Shown here piece after piece: positions 1 to 12,760 of a stretch of DNA of 64,000 nt (positions are counted from its first letter, which is position 1; the number at the start of each line of letters is the position of its first letter). The notes under the pieces were generated by a model, which was given only the letters and a program-made list of their open reading frames with translations, did no database searches and was not told the DNA's origin. The position numbers and the translations under genes are program-made. Origin of the DNA: Lama glama (lineage: Eukaryota); assembly GCA_028534125.1 (NCBI GenBank), contig CM052816.1, forward strand, positions 26,414,001-26,478,000, in the 5' to 3' direction.

Positions 1-59
1 ACTATTTCAAAGTCTCTCAATTCTCTAAACACGTTGTTGTTGCTGATTTTTCACCTTTA

Positions 60-1430
60 GCCAGAATCCAGTCAAGGATGACACGTTGCTTTTCACTGTC
101 ACATCTCTTTGGTCTCCTTTAATCTGGAACAGTCCACTTCCTAGTTTTTCTTCAATGCCGTTGAAAATTTGGAAGAAACCAGGCCAGTTGTTTGTAGAAT
201 GTGTTGTTTATCTGGATTTGTTGATATCTTTTCTCATGTTTAAATTAAGGTTAAATATTTTTGACAATAATACTGCATAAGTGAGTTAATGTTCTCCAGA
301 AGTCTGTAATGGCCGTTTGTCCCATTATTGGTGAGACTACATTTGAGCCCTTAAGCTAGATCTCTCCCTTGTAAAGTTACCCTTTTTCCCTTTATATATA
401 TATGAACTCAATAGTAATATGGAGTACAAAGCTTTTACAGCATGCAATCCTCCCTTCCCCCACCCACAATAGTAGACAGAATAATACCATCCCCATCCCA
501 TTCCCCCTGCAGACATCTGTGTTCTAGTCCCTGGGACCTGTGAATGTGTTAGGTTAGGAGATGGATAAGGGGAATGAAGGTAGTGGATAGAATTAAGATT
601 GCTGACCAGCTGACCTGGATTATCCAGGCTCTTAAAAGTGGAAGATGGAGGTACAAGACTCAGAGGGAGAGGAGACTACGGAAGAAGGCTTAGTGAGATA
701 TGACTTTGTTTTCTTTGAAGATGGAAAAAGGGAGTCACAAGCTGAAGAATGCAGGCATTTTCTCAAAGCCGGGAAAGGCAAGGAAACAGATTGACCCCTG
801 AGGCTTCCGGGAAGGAATGCAGACCTGCTTGATTTCAGCCTGGTGAGTCCCGAGTCTGACTTCTAACCTACGGAACTGTAAGTTAACAAATTTGTGTTGT
901 TCTAAACCCTTGAATTTTGGATAATTTGTTGTAACAGTAATAGAAAACAAATACAACCCCTAAAATTGCATCCACTTATTTTAGCATGCACTGATGATTC
1001 TTTTCTGTATAAGTTCTTACACTGGGAGTTGTAAACGGTGGTATTTACTAAGTCCATCAGTCCTTTCTCATCTAATAGCTTCCCGCTTCTCTTTTTCCTT
1101 ATTTCCTTCCTCTTTCTCTCTTGAGTATCATAGATGCATTGATTCTTTTTCTAAATTCACCGTTATATAACCCATTACTTGCATTTATTTTTGATGCTCT
1201 AATTGTCCCAAATTGGAGCAGCAGTAGCCGCTTCAGGCTGACTCCTGTGTCCATCTAGCATAGCCTCAGTTATCTTAGAACACTTTCTTGCTTTCTCAAA
1301 TATAGTATTTAGGGTTAAATTTATCCCTTTCCTATCGCAAACCTGGTATCCACCGTTTTAGTCAAGGAGCACTAGTTTTATTTAATGAAGAATGACATTT
1401 AGAAACCTGGGTGATAGGAGGACTAATTTT
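60..1430 (-). mobile_element. Old LINE-1 3' region (L1MC4/L1MC5-like), interrupted by the MLT1 LTR at 470-955
   Basis: Motifs 'tctcctttaatctggaacag', 'caggccagttgtttgtagaatgt' and, after the LTR, 'ttttgatgctctaattgtcccaaattgg...ttcaggctgactcctgtgtcc' resemble the antisense L1MC4/5 3' UTR. Confidence 0.7.
470..955 (+). mobile_element. MaLR solo LTR (MLT1D/MLT1E-like)
   Basis: 'tccctgggacctgtgaatgtgtt', 'ctttgaagatgga', 'aaaggcaaggaaacagatt' and the terminal 'gtaatagaaaacaaataca' are typical MLT1 motifs. Confidence 0.85.
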
Positions 1431-1529
1431 TATTGATACATTAGTATCTCAGTGTAATTTCAGTTTTAGTAGGCAGTTGAACATTCTTGCAAAGTGAGAC
1501 TTTGTTCTAACTTTTTCTCTGAACTATTC

Positions 1530-3540
1530 ATGTAGATTGCCCATTTTCTATCAGCTTGGCTTTTTTTTTCCCCCTCATTTTGAGTCCTTTGTATAATAGG
1601 GAAAGGAGCTTTTTGTGAACATAATTGCAGTTGTTTTCTCCAAAATTTTCATTTATTTTGCATCATTTTTCAATACACTTTAAAATGTCTCAAGAACATC
1701 TGTTGCAGAGTCCATCTTTTCCCCCAGCATTTGATGTAATTTCTTTATGATTCACTAGATTGCTACATATTTTGGGCTCTGTTATTGAACTTCTTATTCT
1801 GTTCTGCTGGTCAGTCAGTTCATGCACCAATACCACAGAATTTTAGGGTTTGGATAATATGTTAATATATTAGGGCTGGTCAACCCTTACTGACTTTTTC
1901 CAGAAGTTTCCTAGCTACACACGTGTGTTTTTATATGAATGTTAGATTTAACTGCTCTAGCTCCCAGAAAACTTGGTGTGTTTACGGGGACTGCATTAAA
2001 TTTATATATTCTCTTAGGAACAATCACAATATGTGTGATGGCTTTACATCCTAATCAAGTTGAAGAAATGCCTTTATTCAACTTTTCTCGTAACTTTTTG
2101 CACATTTGTTGTTAAGTTTATTCCTAAGTATTTTATCTACTTGCTTGCTGTCGTGAATATTATCTTATTGTAGAGAGATCGTTTTACCTACCGATTTTCC
2201 AAGCCTTGTGCCTCTATTTCAGTGGTTTTCAATCTTCTAAGTATATTAGAACTATCTGGGAAACAATTCATGGGGCCCAGACATCTTGCAAACCAAATAA
2301 GTCAGAGTCTCTGGGTGTGAGGCCACATCCATTGGTCTGTTTTTAAAGGTCTTCAGGTAATTCCAGTGTAACATAAAAGTTGAGAATTGCTGATTAACTT
2401 GGGAGGGAGAAGGAAATTTTGTAGGCTTGATGGTGATGAATTTGGTTCATAAATATTTGTAATTGCTATATATTCATAGTGAATTGATGTTCTTAGCATT
2501 AAGTCTTAGTCACGATTACTGATTTTTGGTCTGAATTCTACGTTGTTTACTCTCAGGATTGCCGTCCCTGCTATCTTACTGTTTGTGTTTTCGTGGTGAA
2601 CGTTTAGTCATCCTTTTATCGTCAGCTTTCACTTATTTTTATGTGGGGTTTTTCACATTTGGCATATAATAGGATTTTGCTTTGTGAATCAGTCTGAATT
2701 TTTAAACATTGGTGAGGTAAGCCAATTTTGTGCTATTTGTATCAGATACATTTGAACTCAGCTTGATCATCTTTTTATGTTTTATGTTGCATTTATTTGT
2801 ATATTATATGCTGTATTGACTGTTTCTCTTTCCTTCTGTGCTCTATTTGCCTCTTTTTCTGGAGTGCTCTGTTTATTAGGAAGATCTATTTTTGTGCTAC
2901 TGGTTGCGTTTATGTTCATAATTTATGTCATATTCTTAGTCCTCTTTTCCTGGATTTAGATACTTTTTTTGTTTTGACAGCGTTAAGTGATAACCTCAGC
3001 TCCTACTTATTATGTGACCATCAAGGCGCTTATCTTACTTCTCTTTCTGTCTCTCCTCTCATTTTCTGTTGAATTATCTCTACTAGGTTAGAATTTATAA
3101 CATTTACACACTTTTCTTCTACCTTTTCCCCTCACATTTGCTTTAACCTTAGATCTGCAGTTAAGCAAATCGAGTGCTCACTGTAGTCCTACCGCTGATG
3201 CCCCCTCTGTCAGATAAAGCATGTTCTTTCAGAGACTCTCAGGAATTGTTCATGAGGGCAGGACTCCCCAGGTATTTGTACGTTAACATTGTTCGTCTGG
3301 AGCCTTGGTATTTGAAGAAAAGCTTGGCTGGATCTTAGATTCTTGGCTCATACTCTCTTTGGAATTTCTTTAAACTATTGCAGTTTAGGTGTCTTGCTTT
3401 ATATGTTACTGTTAAAAGATCTGATGCCAACCAGAGTTTTTAAAGTAACAGTCTTTTTACTTGGAAAGCCAGGGCATGTTTTCTTAATGTCTATAGTTTT
3501 TTGCTAGGTTGTATCTTAAAACTGATCAGCCTCAATTTTG
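1530..3540 (-). mobile_element. Highly degraded old LINE-1 fragments, interrupted by MER5
   Basis: T-rich strand with L1-antisense motifs 'gactgcattaaatttata', 'ttaagtttattcctaagtatttt' and 'gcttggctggatcttagattcttggctca'. Confidence 0.55.
2220..2392. mobile_element. MER5A/B-like hAT-Charlie MITE
   Basis: Begins 'cagtggttttcaa' and ends 'ttgagaattgctg' (degenerate inverted termini); internal 'tcagagtctctgggtgtgaggcc'. Confidence 0.75.
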
Positions 3541-3564
3541 CTTTTCTTCTTGAAAATCTAGCTT

Positions 3565-3876
3565 TATAAATATATATTTATATATACAGACATATATAAA
3601 TTTATAGTTATATGTAGTTTTGTATATATTCACACACATATAAATGTATAATTTTATATATATTTTATATACACATATAAATATGTAATTTTATGTTTAA
3701 TATATACACACATAAGTTATATAGTTTTTATATATAAATATATATTAGTTTTTATATATTTATATAGTTTTATTATATATTTTAATATACACATACATAT
3801 ATAGTTTTATATATATTTATATATACATACAATGTATATATAAAAAACTACACACACACACACACACACACACACA
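3565..3876. repeat. Degenerate (TA)n-rich low-complexity tract ending in (CA)n
   Basis: Seen directly. Confidence 0.95.
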
Positions 3877-5084
3877 TGTGTTGGTTGTCTGTCTTCTATC
3901 TAACATTGTATCTTTGATTTTTTTTGTTTCATTTTTCATCCTTAGGCTGTGTTTATCTTTTCTTCAGTGTCCTGTATTATATTTGCAGTTGAATTTAGTC
4001 TCCCGTGGACATCCTGTATTTTAGTCTTTATTTCCAAGTTAATTTTTTTTGTTGTTGTATTTTTCTTTTTTGAGTTTGGTCACTCACTTTATATCTTTTG
4101 TGTGTGTGGTGTATGTGTGCATATGCCCATTTGGTTCTTGATGTCTGATGTGACATTTTTTTTCACATGTAAAAATGCATGTTTAAGAATATTTGGTTCA
4201 GGTTGTGGTGTTTTGTTGGAGGTTTTTGCCTGCTTTATTTTTGCTGGAGAATGTGTATCACCTAACAGCTTTTCTTTTTCTGTTTACAGTACTTTGGTAT
4301 GGATATTGTCTGCCAATGTATGCTAATTTTGGGATGTCTTGGTATTTTTGTATCAGCAGCATTGGGACTTGAAGGCAGGGATGAGCAGTTTCCTAGTTCG
4401 CTGAGGCCCTGCTCTTGGTATACCTCGTTGCAGTTTTAAAATTAATAGCGTTTGGTTTTGGTGAATAAGGGGCATTATATATCTTCTGATTTGGTGATTT
4501 TTTTTTTTTAAATTCTGAAGACCTCTAAATTTCAAGACTTGTTTTCTTCTTTTCCTTCACCGCCAATCCTCCAGTGGTGCTTTTCCCCTTGTAGGTCTTC
4601 TGTTGTCCCCTGGAGTGGGGCCCCTGCAAGGTTTCCATTTCTGCTCTAGAGCATTCTCAAGCAGGAAGTGTCCCAAATCACCAGATTTCATGTTCTCAGT
4701 GTTCTAAGATGGCTTTTAGGATGGGAGTCTCTCTTCCTGTGCGATGATTTTTATCTGATGTCTGTCATATTGGGCCTCCAATTTCTTCTCCCCTCCCTTG
4801 GGTTCCTGCTCCTGTCCTCTCTGGGGTGAGCTCTCTGCTGTGTTCAGGTGTTGATTTCCCTACTTACACATATTTGAAAGTCTGAAGGAATCTCTGATCC
4901 CTGTTCAGGCTCTAGTATGGGTTTTGAACAGCTTTGTTTGCCATACTTGTTGGTCTGAATGTTTGTTGTATGGAGGACATGGAGAGATAAGAGTAAGTAA
5001 GCAACATGTTCCTCTGGGAACTCAAAAGTTTCTTAGCATTTTTTTCTTAATAATATTAGTGTCTTAAATTCATATGGCATATTT

Positions 5085-5228
5085 TTCTCACAGTACTTTT
5101 ACATAAGATCTTTAAGTTGTTTAATGAAAACTGAGGTTCAGAAAGGTTAAGTGAATTATTCAATTTCATAGACCTATATATAGTAGAAGAATTCAAATTG
5201 AAATGTGGGTTTCCTCAATTCAGGCCTC
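5085..5228 (-). mobile_element. MIR SINE fragment
   Basis: 'gaaaactgaggttcagaaaggttaagtga' MIR core. Confidence 0.75.
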
Positions 5229-5234
5229 CCACCA

Positions 5235-6445
5235 AAGGCATTGGGCACACAGTCTATATAGGGATGCTCCCACGTAAGAACACCCTTTCAAGACCACAAC
5301 AGGTAACTGTTCAACCTAAATTCATAGAACTAGAGAAAATTAAGTAAAATGAAAAGGCAGAGTAACTTACTCTCAGTTGAAAGAGCAAGAGAGTTCCAGA
5401 AGGAGAAATGAGAGAAAGGGATCAAAAATGTATTCAAAGAAATTATGACAGAAAAGCTCCCAAACCTAAAGAAGAAAACATACCTCTATACAGCAAGCAC
5501 AGAGAGTCCCAAACGAGATGAATTTAAAAAGACCCACAGTGAGACATATCACAATTTAAAAAGCAAAAGATAAAGAGAAATCTAAAGGCATTAGGAGGAA
5601 AAACAAAGTCATATATATGGAAATCTCCATAAGGCTATCAGCTTATTTCTCTGCAGAAACTTTGCAGACCAGAGAGAGATATTCAAAGTGCTGAAAGGGA
5701 AAAAAATCTACAATATAGGATGTTCTACCCAGCAATATTATCATTTAGAATTGAAGGAGAAATAAAGAACTTTTTCAGATAAGCAGAAACTAAAAGAATA
5801 TAGCAATACTAAACTTACCTTTAAAGAAATATTAAAGGGTTTTCTATAAATGGAATGGAAGTAAGAATCTATAGAAAAAGGAAAATCCCACTAGGAAAGG
5901 CAAATATATAGTAATGGTTAAGAATCACTTAAATAAGGTACTACATAGATTAAAAGACAGAAAATTGTGAAACAACTGTAATCAAAGTTAACAGTTAAGG
6001 GATAATCATGAAGATGTAAAAATAGGATATCAAAAACACTACATATAGGGGAGGGGAGTAAAAATGTAGATCTTTTACAATGTGTTTGAATTTAGATAAC
6101 TAGCATGTTAAAACTAAGTACATGAAGTTAAAGGTTAACATATATGAACCCCGTGGTAACCACAAATTAAAATCCTATAATAGATTCACAAAAACCAAAA
6201 AGAAAGGAACACAAGCATACTACTAATGATAACCATCAAGCCACAAGGGTAGAGCCAAGAAGAAGAAATGAACAGAGAACTGTACTGTGTATAAAATAGA
6301 TAAGCAGTAAGGGTTTATTGTATAGCACAGGAATTATCTCATAATATCTTTTAATAAAGTACAATCTGTAGAAGTACTGAATCACTGTGTTGTATACATG
6401 ACACTAATGTAATTTTGTAAATCATCCATACTTCAGTAAAAAATT
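5235..6445 (+). mobile_element. LINE-1 remnant: end of 5' UTR, internally deleted ORF1 and inter-ORF spacer, joined to an L1 3' terminus
   Basis: 'aggctatcagcttatttctctgcagaaactttgcag' (RLSAxFSAETLQ) and 'tcatttagaattgaaggagaaataaag' (SFRIEGEIK) of ORF1p; 6280-6445 matches an L1 3' end ('tatagcacagg...gaatcactgtgttgtatac...tgtaaatcatccatacttcagtaaaaaa'). Confidence 0.85.
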
Positions 6446-6614
6446 AGAAAGCATGCCCATCAAATTGCTGGTAGAAGCTGCTCAGACTAGAATAAAAAAA
6501 AACATATGCACAATATATATTTAAATTTAGGGGGGAAAGCGACTATATACTGTGTTATGAAAAAGGCATGAGTATTAATTACTTATAAACTCTACTTGAG
6601 CCAGCTTTGTGACT

Positions 6615-7150
6615 TAGTACCTCCAAAGCTGATGTCATCTTAAGGAACAAGATGGTTTCATAGTATGGAACTATGAAGAAAAAAATAGCTTTGCTAAAGT
6701 CTACATTGATCAGAGTGTTCTGAATTGTGATCTGTTCTGAGTGACGATTTTAGAAAAAACAATGGAAAACTGGAGCGCATCTGGAAAAGGTTAGCATTTA
6801 GAAGCCATGTTATTTAAGGAACTATTAAAGGACCTGCTTATGTTTGGTGTTGTTAAAAAATATTTGTAGTCTAATACAAATGCTTCCAATATTTGAGGGA
6901 CCTGACCTCTAGAAGGTAGGTTAGCTCTCTTCTGTGAAACTCCCTAGAAAGTCTGTGGTCAGCAACATGAGATTTATGGTGTTGCCTCCATTTAATGAAG
7001 TTTTCTAACAGTGAATGCTTCCCTAATGAAATATATAGCTTTCTTAGTGGTCACTTCTCTATGGTGTCATTGCCCTCTCCCTGCAATGTGAAAATGCCTA
7101 GCAGAGTTCAGATAATCACCACCTAGGAAGTTGTTTGAAATATTCCTGCA
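6615..7150 (+). mobile_element. L3/CR1 LINE 3' fragment
   Basis: 'aaaactggagcgcatctgga...agaagccatgttatttaaggaactattaaaggacctg' resembles the CR1/L3 RT C-terminal region. Confidence 0.65.
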
Positions 7151-7169
7151 TTATGACAATTTCCAAGAC

Positions 7170-8122
7170 AGTTATGACATGAGAAATAGATACTTGGTTA
7201 GTTGCTGACACAGAGCTTCTTAAACCCTGGCAATTTCCTGAATGATAGGAATGCTAGGAGCATCGTATGTTGTAATGTTTGGTCTTTGACCCCAATTCCT
7301 GACACAGAGCTCCTAAAACTCTCGTAATTTCCTGAGTGATGGGGGTGATAGGGTCTTACAAAGAGCTCATAAATCCCTTGGAATTTCTTGGGTGATTGGA
7401 GAATCTTTTGTTTTAATGACTCAATTCTTGGTGGGCTCCTGGATAGCTTCAGCATGGGGGTGGTCACTAGAAAGACCAAGCCATGATTAGAAGTTTGGAA
7501 CTTTCAACCTCAAGCCCCAGTCCCCAGGGAGGGGAGAGGGGCTGAAGATTGAGTTAGTGCTTGATTATGCCTATGTGATGATATCTATTAAAATCCCTAA
7601 ACTATAGGGTTTGGAAAACTTGTGATTGGTGAACATATCCATGTGCCAGGAAGGTTGTATACTCCAGTTTTGCAGGGACAGAAGCTTCTGTGGTTGGGAC
7701 CCTTCTAGACCTCACACTATGTATTGTGCCTCTTCATCTGCCTATCATCTTGATCCTTTATAATAAATCTGTAATAGTAAATAAATGTTTCCCTGAGTTT
7801 TGTGAGCCATTCCAGCAAATTATCAAACCTGAGCTGGGGTGGTTGTGGAAACCCTCAACTTTGTAGCCAAGTCAGACAGAAATATGGGTCCCCTGGGCCT
7901 CAGTACTTGTGACTGGCCCCTGAAGTGAGGGCAGTCTTGTGGGACTGTGCCCTTAAAGCTATAGAGTCAGACACTAAATTCAAAGAGTTAGTGTCAGAAC
8001 TGAATAAGTTATAGGACACCCAGTTGGTGTTGGAAGAGTTGGAAAATTAGTTGATGTGGGGAGAAAAAAACACCACACATCTGGTGTGAAAAGTGTTGGA
8101 AGTAAAGAAACAGTTTCCCTTC
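7170..8122 (+). mobile_element. MER21-family solo LTR (MER21C-like)
   Basis: 'cctgacacagagctcctaaa', 'agaaagaccaagccatgattaga', AATAAA near 7762, 'ggacacccagttggtgt', 'ccacacatctggtgt'. Confidence 0.8.
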
Positions 8123-8254
8123 AGTAGTGGTTTTCAGCTATGGCTAGATCAAAATCACATTGAGCTATTTCTTAAATATGTGGCATCTGGAAACATAATC
8201 CATAGACGCTACTTCTGTAAATCTAAGGCAAAGTTCACAAGTTTGACTTGTTAT

Positions 8255-9260
8255 TTGTTCAGTCAGTCAGCCAGTTGATGCCTCGTACCAGATACACTGT
8301 TGGACACTGGTACAGAAAGGTAACTTTTAAACATCACAGCTCCTTCTTTCATGGAGTTTAGTCTCATGGGAGAGACAAATATTAATTTAGAAATCAGACC
8401 CTTGATCCCAAGAATATAGTGACAAATTCTCATCTGAAATGATCCAAAGAGAAGAACAGAGGAGAGTGTCAGAAAAGGAATGTCTTGGTCTGAGAGCTTT
8501 AGAGAAGGCTTCATTGAGAAAGGGACCATTGGCTAAGACTTGAGTGATAAGACTTTGAATTATTCAGAAAGCCTCAGGATGGAAAATGGACCTTCCAGTA
8601 GAGCTACAGCATATGCAAAGGTCCTGTGGCAAAAATGAGACTAGGGTATTGGGAGGACTGAAGGAAGAGGAAAGGGAAGTGTGGCTGGATCATGAGAAGA
8701 GAGAGTGAGAAATGAGATGAGGATTGAGAGTGTAGACAGGGTTGACCCAGGTAGGAGCCATGAATAATGTGTTAGGGATGTTGGTCTTGATGCTAAGAGC
8801 AAAGGAAAACCACTGATGGATTTTAAGTGTTGTGAGTGGAATGTAGCTAAGTGCCCTGATCAGAGTTGGATTTGTAAATGTTAATCTTGGCTACTGTGTT
8901 GAAAATAGACAGGCAGTGTCACAGAACAAATGATAGACATCATGATATCACAGAGAAGGGTGATGTGGAATGAAGGAGAAAATAGTATATTGGGGAGCTG
9001 TTTAGGAGGTAAACAGGACTTGGTGATGGATTTGACTTGCAGTGAGGGTTAAGGTGTTCCCAGATAGTTCCTGGGTTTGGGGTTTGTGCAAGTTGAATGG
9101 AGGGAACTGATTCATTGGGATAGGGCCACTGAACAAGGACAAAATGTGGTGAGGGCGTTATAATTCCTTATGGATTACATTGAGAGTTGAGGTGCATTTT
9201 AGATACTGAATGGGCATAGTGAATAAGCTGTAGTAGATACGAATCTGGAGGTCTCAGGAC
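8255..9260 (-). mobile_element. L2 LINE fragment
   Basis: Purine-rich antisense L2 motifs 'agaaggcttcattgagaa', 'cagcatatgcaaaggtcctgtggca', 'gagttgaggtgc'. Confidence 0.8.
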
Positions 9261-9698
9261 AGACAAGACAGCATAGCATGGTCCCTAGCACTGCCAACTG
9301 TCCTGTAAAGAAAAAAAGCTGTAAAAATAATTATTAGGTAATAACTCTTATAATTTGACTATGGGTTAATGTTAAATAGCAGAATTATTGGCATCTACCC
9401 TGTTGGTGTCATCTGTTAATTAAATGAAACACGATTTTAAATAACATAGATGAGGCCAAAAGCCTGTAGAGTTGTGGTTAACATGCTCAGCTGTGTCTGC
9501 AGGTGTACCACAGTGATTTTTTTGTTTTTGATAATGAGATAGTGTGTATACTTTCGTAGGATCTGAAATGACTTCAAAGGAATCTTCACCTGTCTTCCTT
9601 TGTTTCTGCAGAAGAGAAGGCAGGAGCATGTGAAGTGAGTGAATAGGATGTGTAAGGTGAGAAACCAGTCCAGTTAATCTGCAGGGGGATAATGGAAG

Positions 9699-9719
9699 TC
9701 AATCAATCAATCAATCAAT

Positions 9720-9796
<77 letters not shown>
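9699..9796. repeat. Compound microsatellite (TCAA)n-(TC)n-(AC)n
   Basis: Seen directly. Confidence 0.97.
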
Positions 9797-9797
<1 letters not shown>

Positions 9798-11148
9798 AAA
9801 CTCACGGTAACTCTGGTAACCAAATAAGTTTAAAAACAACCGGAAAAATACAATAAGAAAAAAGTCAGCCCACAGCTATTTAGAATTTTCCTCTCTGACC
9901 GTTCCTCTGTTTATTAGTTGGCAATCTGTGATGAAATGTGGTTCCACTCACACCATTTCCTAATAAAATTTTCACTGGCAAAATAAACATTGATTAAATT
10001 CAGAGAGGCATCTGTGATTAGAAAGCTAGGATATTTCTGGAGGGAGTCTTTCCCATGCGTTTTCCTGAGCAGTTGGCTACAGAAAGGAATGAGGAGACTG
10101 TCCTATGGCAGTTGACTAATGGCTTATGGAAACTGACTAGACGCGAGGCCCGTGTAGCTTTACCAGGAAAAGCGAGTTGGCTAACAGCGCAGTGAAGGAA
10201 GTTGGAAAGTTGATGACAAAAAGTGTTTCTAAGCCTCAGATTTGCCAGATTTTCTTTCTTTTCCTTTCACAATTTTGAGTATTTATAGTAATTCTTATTG
10301 TATGCCTGCCCTTTAGAGTTAATCACCTCGAATCTTATTAGGAAAGTGGTTCATACAAGCATAATGGGTCTAAAATGGGACTAGATTGGTGTGAGTCTTA
10401 AAATACACATGTAGCCAAAATCTGTTACTTCAGTGATTCAGTTTGGCATTCCCTTTGCTCACACCTGCTTATACCCTCTGGCCTCCTATTACTCTGTGGA
10501 AAAGGATGTAAGTGAAATATCCAAAGGCAGTAGACAAAGCAAAGCCACCAGGCCAGAGAGAGAGCAGCATACCTCTCCTTCCCAGTGGAGCCCCAGGTAG
10601 ACAACTAACCACTTCACTGCCCCCTTGGTGCATGTTTGCCGTGACATCCAGGCTGGTGGCTCAGCCCACGCGCCCTGAGTTTCTTCCTTGACCTATCTTG
10701 ACTCTGCACTGAAGGCAGTGAAGGAGCCCCTCGCTGTGTTCTCACTCATCATCTCTGACGAGCAGTGGGCACCCTTATTTGTGAAGCTCTGTCTATATTC
10801 TATGCTAGGTTGGCTTCATCTCTTGGGAGATAAGATGTGTCTCTTTGAATCAAAAGATCTGAAAATACAGTCAAGATGTACTCCTGTGATCCCTTAATAT
10901 ACTTTAAGCCAGGGCGCCTTTTATTGTTTCTCGAACACCATTTCCCAAATGCACTGCAGTGTCAGCCTATTCTTCAAAGTGCCCTTGCAGAGCGTACCTG
11001 AAATCTCCAGCTGGAAGAAAAAAGCAGAGAACAGATTGAACCCTGCTGCTCTGCACTCAGGGCCTTGGAATATATCAGGAGGAGGCCCTGTATTATAAAT
11101 GCAGAATGTCTCTGTTTCCGAATCCAGCAGTACTTCCTGAAGACCGTA

Positions 11149-11172
11149 GTGTGTGTGTGTGTGTGTGTGTGT
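11149..11172. repeat. (GT)12 microsatellite
   Basis: Seen directly. Confidence 0.95.
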
Positions 11173-11334
11173 TTCTTGGCCCTGAAACCCATCAAACGAC
11201 ATCTTTTATGTAGGAAGTGAAACAAAATTAAACTCAAAAGTTAAGCTCTCTTGCTTGAAGGAAGTTTAGAGATATGAGTCGGAGGAGGATCTCCTTCTTT
11301 CCCTTCTATTTCCAAATACTTTCAAAATGTGAAA

Positions 11335-11410
11335 ACAATTCTGAAGTCCAGAGCCATACAGAAAACAGGTTGCAGGACAGATTTAGCCCTCAGACTATAG
11401 CAGAAGACCT
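11335..11410. mobile_element. MER58-like DNA transposon terminal fragment
   Basis: 'gccatacagaaaacaggttgcaggacagatttagccc...tatag' resembles the MER58 end. Confidence 0.5.
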
Positions 11411-11682
11411 TTTTTAGATTTTCTCGGGTTATAAATGAAGCTTTTAAATCAGGATATGGAAATGAAGAAAATGTTACGGGGTATCTTGTTCCTTACTCGC
11501 GGGGTTTCCTTCTGTGTTCTTGGAGCTCCATGCACTACAACATTCACGGCCTGCCTTTTGTTCCTTTGTTCACTGCCCTTTAGGGAAGGGCAGTTCTGGT
11601 AAGATGGGAAATTTTGGAGAAAATAAAAACTAGGCATACTTTGCTCAGTTTATTAGCCCTTCTTCCTCTTAGATGTGTAACC

Positions 11683-12760
11683 CATTCATTCATTTAATAA
11701 ATAGTATTGAGTGCTTATGTATATTAGACATTGTCCTGGGCACTGGAATTGCAGCTGTGACTAAAATAAACACAAATCCTTTACATTCTAATACGAGACA
11801 CAGAAAATAAATGTAAGTGTTCTTAAAGCAGTAAGTGTTAAAAAATAAAGCAGAGAGGAAATATCCAAGATGGAGGGGGAGCTGGAATTTTAGATAGGAA
11901 ATGCAGGGAAGGCACCACTGAGAAGGTGATGGTAACTAACAGCAGAAGGAAGTGGGGGAAAGAAGCATGTAGATATTTGGGGTTAGAGCATTTGGAGCAG
12001 ATCCTTCTGCAGTCATGCAGATAGTCTGAAGCAGAGATCACATCCAGAGTTTGAAGAAGAGCAAGGAAACAGAATAGCTGGGAAGGAAGTCGGAAGTCAT
12101 CTAATTTGACTTGGATTTTAACTAAATCACTTGAGTCCTATGATAAGACTCTTGCAGGAGAGTAGGGAGGTTGAAACAAGAAGTAGAGTTAAGAGGTTGT
12201 TGATAGAATCCAGAAGCGAGATGATGGTGCTAGCAGTGAAGGTGGTTAGAAAGAGTTGGATTCTGGGCATGTTTGAAGTATTATGACATAATCTGTGGAT
12301 AGATGAGATGCAGTATGAGGAAAAGGTAAGTATCAAGAAGGAAGATAAGCATCAAAGATGTTTGAGCTGAGTAACTGAAGAATGGATTTGCAGTTAATTG
12401 TGGGCAAGATTGGGAAAGGAGCTGTCCAGGGTGCAGTTGGGAGGTAAAGATCAGGAGTACAGTTTTAGACTCATCAAGTTTAAGATGCCTATTAGACATC
12501 CAAGTGGAGATATTGAACAGGAGATTGGATACATGACTCTGGAGTTCAGAGAAGCCCAAGCTTGACATCAGCTCTGAGTTTGGAGCTAAAGTCATGGGGC
12601 AGGATGAGATCAGTGTAGTCAGAAAAATAGATGTGGTCCAAGGACTAAGGCCTGGGACCTCTGACACTTAGAATTGTAAGCAAGAGGTGGTACAGTAAAG
12701 GAGACTGAGAGAGGCAGGAGAAAATGAGCAGAGCTTGGTGAAGAATGTTTTGAGTACATG
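11683..12760 (-). mobile_element. L2 LINE (L2a-like) 3' portion
   Basis: Starts with the L2 tail 'attcattcatttaataaatagtattgagtgctta'; also 'gatgcctattagacatccaagtggagat'. Confidence 0.9.
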
